64,000 bases of DNA from Alphaproteobacteria bacterium (GTDB lineage Bacteria; Pseudomonadota; Alphaproteobacteria; JBFXJJ01): the NCBI GenBank assembly GCA_050175015.1, contig JBFXJJ010000005.1:32001-96000 (forward strand). Reading direction: 5' to 3'. The position numbers and the translations under genes are program-made. The first letter of the stretch is position 1, and each line of letters starts with the position of its first letter. Below the pieces are notes generated by a model. The model did no database searches. It was not told where the DNA came from and worked only from the letters and a program-made list of their open reading frames with translations. Positions 48,524 through 55,692 of this stretch are shown piece after piece.

Positions 48524-49054
48524 ATGCCTGCTTTATTAAAAAGCCCCACTTTCTACGCTGCGTTAGTAATAGCTATTGCTAATATTTTATCATACTTCGG
48601 ATTTGAAGTTGGAGATGCTGATAAGACAGAACTATCAACTAACCTAACAGGTTTAGTAACATCAATTTCTGGTCTTGTAATTTTATGGCGAAAAATTAAA
48701 TCTACGAAATCATCAAAGATTATTGTTTTTGCTATATCTTTACCATTTGCCTTATCTATGCTTTCTGCCTGTGCTTTTAATGCCGCAGAAACCTCTGCTC
48801 AAAAGGTTTACGCTTTGCAAGCTGAATTTAATGTCGTGCAAGAAGCTGCTCTTGCTTATGTAACTAGCGAGCAAGCTGACGCCACGATTAAACTGACAGT
48901 TAAAAGATTAGAAGGTATTACTTATGCATCAATTAAAGCCGCTCAAAACGCAGTTGTTGCTGGTAACGCTCCAGCTTTGCCCGCTCTTCTTGCCGCAGGC
49001 AAGGAAGCCTTGACAGAACTCACCAATTACTTACTTGAAAAGGGGATAATTTAA
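48524..49054 (+). CDS. Lysis-cassette membrane protein: holin-like N-terminus plus internal lipobox
   Basis: Two TM helices, basic linker, third hydrophobic helix ending LSAC, helical C-terminal domain. Confidence 0.6.
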   Translation: MPALLKSPTFYAALVIAIANILSYFGFEVGDADKTELSTNLTGLVTSISGLVILWRKIKSTKSSKIIVFAISLPFALSMLSACAFNAAETSAQKVYALQAEFNVVQEAALAYVTSEQADATIKLTVKRLEGITYASIKAAQNAVVAGNAPALPALLAAGKEALTELTNYLLEKGII

Positions 49055-49055
49055 T

Positions 49056-49247
49056 ATGACCACAGCTGAAGGAATTTTGCTCGGCATTGCCATTGCCGAG
49101 GGTGTAACTAAAGGGATTAAAACAGCTTTTGAAGCTAAAGAGCTTGTTGAAAAATTGGTTGAAGAAAATCGTGATCCTACCGAAGAAGAATGGGAAAAGC
49201 TTAATGCAGTAACTGATGTTGCGCATAATGCCATTCAGAATGCTTAA
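49056..49247 (+). CDS. Small phage protein in the lysis cassette
   Basis: RDPTEEEW motif; 1 bp after the upstream stop. Confidence 0.6.
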   Translation: MTTAEGILLGIAIAEGVTKGIKTAFEAKELVEKLVEENRDPTEEEWEKLNAVTDVAHNAIQNA

Positions 49248-49260
49248 TTGAGGTTGAAAA

Positions 49261-49464
49261 ATGGCTGATTTTGCAGATGATGCGACGGAAAGAGAAGAAG
49301 TTTTTTTCGCCGAAGCTTTAGATAAAATAAAAAACAATCAAGGAGAAGCCTCTGAATTCTGCGAGTGCTGCGGGGCTGAAATACCCGAGAAAAGACGTCA
49401 GGCTATGCCAGGTTGTAAACTTTGTATTTGTTGCCAAGAAAAAAAGGAAAAAAAACGTGTTTAA
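49261..49464 (+). CDS. TraR/DksA C4 zinc-finger protein
   Basis: MADFAD.A, CECCG.EIP..RR.A.PGC.LC..CQ. Confidence 0.9.
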   Translation: MADFADDATEREEVFFAEALDKIKNNQGEASEFCECCGAEIPEKRRQAMPGCKLCICCQEKKEKKRV

Positions 49465-49801
49465 CTGGGTATCAGAAAATTGGAAGTTAATATCATCATT
49501 TCTTACTTTTGGCAGCTTTTGCATAGCATTTTACTTAAAAGCAAAATTTGCCACAAAAGAAGAAGTTTCAAATTTGGATAAAAGAGTATCTAAAATTGAA
49601 AATAGAGTTGCAGCAAATGAAGAAAAAATAGAGCAAATGCCGAGCCGAGATGATTTACATAAGCAAGAAATTATGATTGAGCGAATGTCGGGCAAAATAG
49701 ATTCAATGGCTGTCAAAATGCAGGGTATTGAAGAAATTTCAAAACGTCAAGAGAAGGTAATTTCAAGGGTTGAAGATTACTTATTGAATAAAAAGGAATA
49801 G
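49457..49801 (+). CDS. DUF2730-like membrane/coiled-coil protein (Mu gp25 position)
   Basis: TM, FATKEE, coiled coil, MPS..DL; synteny. Confidence 0.75.
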   Translation: MFNWVSENWKLISSFLTFGSFCIAFYLKAKFATKEEVSNLDKRVSKIENRVAANEEKIEQMPSRDDLHKQEIMIERMSGKIDSMAVKMQGIEEISKRQEKVISRVEDYLLNKKE

Positions 49802-49803
49802 GT

Positions 49804-50103
49804 ATGGAATACGCAAAATATATAGTAGAAGATAGGCGTTTAGTAATCTTGCGTTTTTTAGCTGAAGACAACGATTATCGATTGAATGACAGTATATTAC
49901 AAACAGCGTTAAACCAAGTAGGTCATAATGTAAGTCGTGATGTTTTGCGTTCGGAGCTTGCTTGGTTAGAGGAACAAGGGCTTGTAAAAGTAGAGGTTGT
50001 TTTAGATCATATACATGTTGCAGAGCTGACCACACGTGGTCTTGATGTTGCAGAAGGTCGTTCAAAAATTCCAGGTATTAAAAGACCAGGACCGAAAGGT
50101 TAG
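49804..50103 (+). CDS. Mu gp26-like winged-helix protein
   Basis: EDRRL.ILR.L, SRD..R.ELAWL.EQGLV, T.RG.DVA.GR...PG..RP. Confidence 0.85.
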   Translation: MEYAKYIVEDRRLVILRFLAEDNDYRLNDSILQTALNQVGHNVSRDVLRSELAWLEEQGLVKVEVVLDHIHVAELTTRGLDVAEGRSKIPGIKRPGPKG

Positions 50104-50107
50104 GCAA

Positions 50108-50668
50108 ATGAGACAATCAAGCATTACTAAATTACCTCCAAAGATAAAAAAAGAGCTAAACAGAATATTAGCTGATGGCTCTCTTACTCTTGATATGATT
50201 GTTGAACATCTCAAGAAATTAGGAGCTGAAGTTTCACGTTCAGCGGTTCATCGCTATGCCCAAAATTATGAAGAAGTGAGATCTAGTTTAAGGCAAAGCC
50301 GAGAAGTTGTTGATGCTTTGGTTGCTGATTTAGGACCTGATGCCACAGATAGTAAACAAGGGCGCATATTAGTAGAGATGCTTAGAACCCTTGCTTATGA
50401 TGTAATATCTAAGCAGATGACAGGCTCCGAAGAACCAATTAAAAAACAAGATTTTTTCTTTTTGGCAAAATCTATGAAAGAGTTAGCTCAGGCGAATAGA
50501 TTAGATCAAGATTTTGAACAAAAAATAAGAGAACAGATAGAAAAAGAAACAACAGAAAAGGCCGTAAAAGCTGCTGAAACCGCATGCAAAAAACAAGGAC
50601 TTAATAAAGAACAAGCAGCCTTCATCCGTGCTGAGATTTTAGGCATTGAGGTTAAAAATGACAGCTGA
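50108..50668 (+). CDS. Terminase small subunit (Mu gp27/DUF3486)
   Basis: SSITKLP, VSRSAVHRY, GL.......IR..ILG; precedes terL. Confidence 0.85.
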   Translation: MRQSSITKLPPKIKKELNRILADGSLTLDMIVEHLKKLGAEVSRSAVHRYAQNYEEVRSSLRQSREVVDALVADLGPDATDSKQGRILVEMLRTLAYDVISKQMTGSEEPIKKQDFFFLAKSMKELAQANRLDQDFEQKIREQIEKETTEKAVKAAETACKKQGLNKEQAAFIRAEILGIEVKNDS

Positions 50669-52280
50669 GCCTCAAATAATCAGATCAAAACTTTCTAAGG
50701 AGGAGGAGAAAGCAGCTTTAGACCTTGTTGATGAAATACAATCGACAAGGGCTTTACAAATTAGTGATAAAGAAGTTCCTAAGGTTTTATTGCCATATCA
50801 AATCAAATGGCATTCCGATAAATCTGCAATAAGAATTTGTGAAAAATCAAGGCGCATAGGTTTTTCTTGGGGAGCACTTGCTGCGGAGGCTGCTCTTGAG
50901 GCAGCTAGTACTAAAGAAGCTGGAGGAATGGACCAGTTTTATATGGGTTATAATATGAGAATGGCGGCCGAGTTTATCGGCGATTGTGCCTTTTTTGCGA
51001 AGGCTTATGGTTTTGCTATTTCTGCGACGGAAGTTTGGAAAGAAACCGTAATTATAGAAAATGAACGGCGTGATATTGTTACGTATAAAATTGAAATGGC
51101 TTCAGGTCATAAGATTGAGGCTCTTTCTTCTAATCCTCACAACTGGCGTTCACGCCAAGGACACGCTCGTATTGATGAAGCAGCTTTTCACAGAGGATTG
51201 TTTGAAGTTGTCAAAGGAGCTTTAGCTTTTAAGATGTGGGGCGGTCGAATAGATATTGTTTCAACTCACAACGGAGAAGATAACGATTTTAATGCTTACA
51301 TCAAAGATGTCAAAGCAGGCAAATTGCCCTGGTCGTTACATAGAGTTACTTTTGATGATGCTCTAAAAGATGGTTTTTATGAGAGAGTTTGTCTTGTGAA
51401 AGGCTTAGAATATTCAAAAAAAGCTGAAGAAGAATACCGAGAAGCTATATATGCTGATTATCCTAGCTCTGATGACGCAGCCGAAGAACTGGATTGTCGT
51501 CCTAAGAGAGGTTCTGGGGCATATTTTACTAGAATGTTGATAGAACATTGCCAAAAAGATGGCATTCCGATATTGAGGTACTCAAAACCAGCAGAATTTG
51601 TCGTTGATATTAATCGCCAAAAAATAACGCAAGACTGGATTAATGATGTATTAAAGCCAGTTATAGACAATTTGCCGCCAAGCAAAAGAACTGTTTTTGG
51701 TATGGACTTTGGTAGAGATGGCGATTTGTCAGTTGTTTGGGTGCTCCAATGTGAAAATAAAATGCTTTGGAAGACTGCTTTTGTCGTTGAGCTTAGGACT
51801 ATTCCCTTTGATATTCAGTGGCAAATAACAAAATATGTAATGAAAAATTTGCCATTGTTCCACCATGTCAAATTTGATGCCCGAGGAAACGGACAAGAAC
51901 ATGCAGAGAAAGCCTTGCAGGCATTTGGCTCTAATTATGTTGATTGCGTGATGTTAACACAGGCTTGGTATGCCGAATGGTTTCCTAAATATCACTCAGC
52001 TTATGAAAATAAAGAAATCATAGTGCCAAAAAGCGAAGACATAATCGCAGATCACAGGAATGTGATTTTAAAAAATGGCAAGCCAGGAATGGGTGATACT
52101 AGAACTAAAGGCTCTGACGGAGGTTTTAGGCACGGTGATAGTGCTGTTGCTGGACTTTTAGCATGGGCTGCAGCAAGAACCGAAGGTGAGCCAGCAGCGG
52201 GGCAAAGCATAGATAATGATAAAAGCTATATAAGAGAAAATAACTCTCCACTATTTAGGAGGAATACTAATGTTTGGTAA
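50658..52280 (+). CDS. Terminase large subunit (Mu gp28-like)
   Basis: LLPYQ..W, EKSRRIGFSW, IDEAAFH, STHNG, GMDFGRDGD, RHGD.A. Confidence 0.93.
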   Translation: MTAEPQIIRSKLSKEEEKAALDLVDEIQSTRALQISDKEVPKVLLPYQIKWHSDKSAIRICEKSRRIGFSWGALAAEAALEAASTKEAGGMDQFYMGYNMRMAAEFIGDCAFFAKAYGFAISATEVWKETVIIENERRDIVTYKIEMASGHKIEALSSNPHNWRSRQGHARIDEAAFHRGLFEVVKGALAFKMWGGRIDIVSTHNGEDNDFNAYIKDVKAGKLPWSLHRVTFDDALKDGFYERVCLVKGLEYSKKAEEEYREAIYADYPSSDDAAEELDCRPKRGSGAYFTRMLIEHCQKDGIPILRYSKPAEFVVDINRQKITQDWINDVLKPVIDNLPPSKRTVFGMDFGRDGDLSVVWVLQCENKMLWKTAFVVELRTIPFDIQWQITKYVMKNLPLFHHVKFDARGNGQEHAEKALQAFGSNYVDCVMLTQAWYAEWFPKYHSAYENKEIIVPKSEDIIADHRNVILKNGKPGMGDTRTKGSDGGFRHGDSAVAGLLAWAAARTEGEPAAGQSIDNDKSYIRENNSPLFRRNTNVW

Positions 52281-53658
52281 AAAGAAAGTTGAAATCGTTA
52301 AAGAAGAAAAATTTCAAGAAGCTACAGGAAAATCTATTGATAATGAGGACGGGTGGCGTAAATTAACGGGTAATAATGCCAGGGATTTAACATCGTTAAC
52401 TCAATATAGAATGCAGGAGTTAGCGGTTTATTTATGGAAAACTAACCCTCTGGCAAACAGGTTAATCGAGCTGCCAATAATTTATTTGCTAGCTGATGGT
52501 GTGAAAGTAAGTGCAAAAGATGATGAAGCCAATCAATGGTTAAAATCTTTTTGGAAAGATCCGATTAACCAAATGGATATTAAACTTCCCAAAAAGGTGC
52601 GTGAAATGGCTCTATTCGGTGAACAATGCTGGCCTGTGTTTGCAAACAACATCAACGGTCATATAAGACTTGGTTATCTTGATCCAGGAGATATTGAAAC
52701 CGTTGTAACAGATCCCGACAACATTGAGCAAGCAATCGGAATTATTACTAAAAAGGATAGAAAAGGCATAGCTAAAAGATACAGGATTATTATTAATGGT
52801 GATGAAAATGTATTTACAGAGCGAACTCAGGAAATAAGAAAAACCTTTGATACTGGAGAATGCTTCTTCTTTAGAATTAATAACTTATCTAATTCCACAA
52901 GAGGTCATTCTGATATGCTTTCAACCATTGATTGGCTTGATGCTTATGATCAATCATTGTATGGAGAGCTTAATCGATGGAATATGTTGCGTTCTTTTAT
53001 TTGGGACGTAAAGATGACCGGAGCTACAAAGGAAGATGTGGAAGCAAGGGCCAAAGAAATTACTGTTCCAAAAGAAGCTGGAGTACGTGTGCATAATGAT
53101 GCTGAAGAATGGGCAGCGGTTACTCCAGATTTAAAAGCAGTTGATGGCACTAGCTTTTCTAGAATGTTTCGTAATCATATTTTGGGTGGCCGTACTATTC
53201 CGGAACATTGGTTTGGTGGTGGTGGTGATGTTAATAGAGCGACGGCGACAGCAATGGGAGACCCCACCTTAAAGGCAATGACTTTTAGGCAGAATGAATG
53301 GTTATATATTTTAGAATGTGTTTGTGATTTTGCTATTCGCAGCAGATTGCGTGCAATAGGATTAGAAAACATGGCTGATGAACCAGATTTTAAAGCTAAT
53401 GTAGTATTCCCAGAACTTGATCAAAAAGATGTGACCGTCTATGCAACCGCTTTTCAGCAAATTGTCATAGCCCTAGGAAGTGCTATAGATAGAAAGCTCC
53501 TAACTAAGGAAACGGCTGTAAATTTACTTGCTATATTGGTAGCAGGTTTAGGCTTAAAAATAGATCCAGAAGAAGAACTTGAAAATGTTCTAAATGCAGA
53601 AAAAGAAGAAGAAACAAAAGATATTATGCCCAATATTGATGATGAAGAAGCCGCATGA
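52270..53658 (+). CDS. Portal protein
   Basis: Follows terL; 462 aa; RG.SD, P.HWFGGG.DVNRATA. Confidence 0.8.
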   Translation: MFGKKKVEIVKEEKFQEATGKSIDNEDGWRKLTGNNARDLTSLTQYRMQELAVYLWKTNPLANRLIELPIIYLLADGVKVSAKDDEANQWLKSFWKDPINQMDIKLPKKVREMALFGEQCWPVFANNINGHIRLGYLDPGDIETVVTDPDNIEQAIGIITKKDRKGIAKRYRIIINGDENVFTERTQEIRKTFDTGECFFFRINNLSNSTRGHSDMLSTIDWLDAYDQSLYGELNRWNMLRSFIWDVKMTGATKEDVEARAKEITVPKEAGVRVHNDAEEWAAVTPDLKAVDGTSFSRMFRNHILGGRTIPEHWFGGGGDVNRATATAMGDPTLKAMTFRQNEWLYILECVCDFAIRSRLRAIGLENMADEPDFKANVVFPELDQKDVTVYATAFQQIVIALGSAIDRKLLTKETAVNLLAILVAGLGLKIDPEEELENVLNAEKEEETKDIMPNIDDEEAA

Positions 53659-55004
53659 GCAAAAGCGATTTTGAAAAAGAAGCAAAAAAAGAGCTGAAAA
53701 AGAAAAAAACTATTCAGAAAGATACTGAACAAGAAGTTTTTAGATTGCTTCAGGAAGCAAACAAAGAAATCACAGCAACGCTAGCTGGAGCTCCAACTGA
53801 TTATCAGCAATGGTCATTAAGTAATTTGCAGAAATCTATTGCTGTTGTTACTGACGAACTCGGAGAAAACTTGGCAAGTTCAGCTACTAAAGGAGCTAGT
53901 GATTCCTGGAATGCTGGAATTGGTTTGGTTGATAATTCAATTAATGCGGCAACTGGTATAAATTTGGCTGCTAATTTGCAACAAATTGACACTAAGCAGT
54001 TGATGTCGATGAGAACCTTTTTAACGGATCGTATGAAAGATGTCAGTAAACAAGCAGCTCAACGCATTAACAGCAATTTGGGGCTGGTAATGATAGGTGC
54101 TAAAACACCATTTGAAGCTGTTTCTAATGTAAAGACAATTTTAAATGATAAAGCAGGCTCTAGAGCAAGGACAATATTAAATACTGAACTAGGGCGAGCA
54201 TATTCGTGTGCTTGCCAAGAACGAATGGCTGATGCAGCTGAAGCTATCCCTAAGCTAAAAAAGCAATGGAGGCGTTCTGGACGTGTTAACAGCAGACATG
54301 ATCACGATCTTGCTGATGGACAGGTCGTTGATGTTGATAAGCCCTTTATTGTAGGTGGACATGAGTTAATGTATCCAAGGGATCCTAAAGCTCCAGCATC
54401 ACAAACAGTTAATTGTGGGTGTGTTGCTTTGCCATATATGGAAGATTGGGAGATGGCTCACCCAAAGAATAAGCCGTTTAGCGATGAAGAGCTTTTCAAA
54501 AGCCAAGAAAAAAGAGAGGTTAAAGGCGTTAGAGCTGATTCTTTTGCTAATTGGGCAGAAAGAATAACAAGCGGTAAATTAAATGCCGCAGGTAATTCTG
54601 AAACAATCGGGCAAATACCTAGTTCTGTTAAATCTTTTTTAATTCGTAAAAATGTTGATTTAAAAAGCTTTGATGTTGGTGTATCTGACAAGCAGATTTT
54701 GCATATGGCAAGATCAGCTAAAGCAAAAAGAGGAGCCGCTCTTTCTATGTCTGATATAAAAAATATACCAGAACATATTGATCACCCTAAGGCTATTTTG
54801 TGGGATAAGAGATCAAAAGATCCGTCTTTGGTCTATATTTTTGATATTAAAGACAGTAATAAATTTGGAAAACTGGCAGTAAAACTTAATGACAAAGAAA
54901 AGCGTAATAAACCAAGCAAGCATAATTGGATAGCAACCGGCGGGAAAGTTGAGCATACTAATATTAGATCTGATGTTTATGAGGTAATTGTAGGAGAAAT
55001 ATAG
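53655..55004 (+). CDS. Long MuF minor head protein with C-terminal BECR/PBECR-like nuclease domain
   Basis: MuF motifs RARTILNTE, KKQW, R..H...DGQ, YPRDP, VNCGC; ~160-aa C-terminal extension with ILH..R..K, P.AILWD, GKLAV, N.IATG. Confidence 0.75.
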   Translation: MSKSDFEKEAKKELKKKKTIQKDTEQEVFRLLQEANKEITATLAGAPTDYQQWSLSNLQKSIAVVTDELGENLASSATKGASDSWNAGIGLVDNSINAATGINLAANLQQIDTKQLMSMRTFLTDRMKDVSKQAAQRINSNLGLVMIGAKTPFEAVSNVKTILNDKAGSRARTILNTELGRAYSCACQERMADAAEAIPKLKKQWRRSGRVNSRHDHDLADGQVVDVDKPFIVGGHELMYPRDPKAPASQTVNCGCVALPYMEDWEMAHPKNKPFSDEELFKSQEKREVKGVRADSFANWAERITSGKLNAAGNSETIGQIPSSVKSFLIRKNVDLKSFDVGVSDKQILHMARSAKAKRGAALSMSDIKNIPEHIDHPKAILWDKRSKDPSLVYIFDIKDSNKFGKLAVKLNDKEKRNKPSKHNWIATGGKVEHTNIRSDVYEVIVGEI

Positions 55005-55124
55005 TCGTTATGGGGGGACGCAACCCCTTAACCCGATCAGCCTGTATAATTGCTTATACTACTGCCTGCGACCATTAACGGCTGCAGTGTTGAACCCGAC
55101 TTCTCAACGTGCATAACGACTATT
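55001..55124 (-). ncRNA. Candidate tRNA-like cloverleaf RNA convergent on muF
   Basis: 12-bp closing stem plus four hairpins; GCAA tetraloop on the minus strand; about 49% GC in AT-rich DNA; dedicated promoter. Confidence 0.7.
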
Positions 55125-55130
55125 GATATA

Positions 55131-55159
55131 ATTATATATTATAAAACAAAAAATGTCGA
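55131..55159 (-). promoter_or_regulatory. Sigma70-type promoter for the cloverleaf RNA
   Basis: TCGACA (55159-55154), 17 bp, TATAAT (55136-55131); predicted +1 at ~55124, the start of the closing stem. Confidence 0.75.
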
Positions 55160-55311
55160 GCCTCTAAAAAACGCACACACAAGCTTGTTATTATAAAAAG
55201 GCTATGTTATATCATTTTTAATTAAGTTTCGCATATAAATACGTTTAATACCCGTTTAACGGCGATATTTTAATCTTATATTAATCGTATAAATTCAATT
55301 CCAAAAAAATC

Positions 55312-55345
55312 TAAAACATAAAATAAGGGTTTACCCCTGACATTT
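55312..55345 (+). promoter_or_regulatory. Late promoter element 2 (PI-like)
   Basis: TAAAACATAAAATAAGGGTTTACCCCTGACATTT, near-identical to 47939-47972; CATAAT at 55376. Confidence 0.75.
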
Positions 55346-55422
55346 GACACACTTATTTTACAATAATTGTTATTTCATAATCGTTCTGTCAGTTGATCTT
55401 AATTTTGCTGAAAGGACGGGAA

Positions 55423-55692
55423 ATGTCAAAAAATACTGATGAAACCAAAAAAACTGAAACTGTAGAAGAAAACAAGTTTGATCTTACCAAAGATGATCTG
55501 AAGCTGTTTGATTTTGTAAAAGTCGCAGTTGTCAAAACAGAAAAAGACGACAAGGGTAAGCTTGTAAAAAAAGTTTACAACGTGCCTTTGACGTTAGAGC
55601 TAATTTTTTCCTTTAAAGAATTAGGGGAAGATATTGTTATTGTTACGATTGATGGCAAAAAATACAAGGCTAAAAAACAGGTGAGAAAATGA
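55423..55692 (+). CDS. Hypothetical head-region protein
   Basis: ATG 55423 after AAGGA; V.VT.DG.KY motif. Confidence 0.7.
   Translation: MSKNTDETKKTETVEENKFDLTKDDLKLFDFVKVAVVKTEKDDKGKLVKKVYNVPLTLELIFSFKELGEDIVIVTIDGKKYKAKKQVRK

Noticed and set aside
55010-55078. 22-codon ORF (MGGRNPLTRS...) as a MuF immunity protein
   Set aside because: Very short, the SD is 13 nt away and the start is buried in the stem; kept only as an alternative hypothesis
55001-55124. Canonical tRNA gene, or a simple muF terminator
   Set aside because: The 12-bp closing stem, lack of CCA and TTC, and irregular anticodon arm rule out a standard tRNA. The multi-branch fold, absence of a plus-strand U-tract and an antisense promoter argue against a plain terminator
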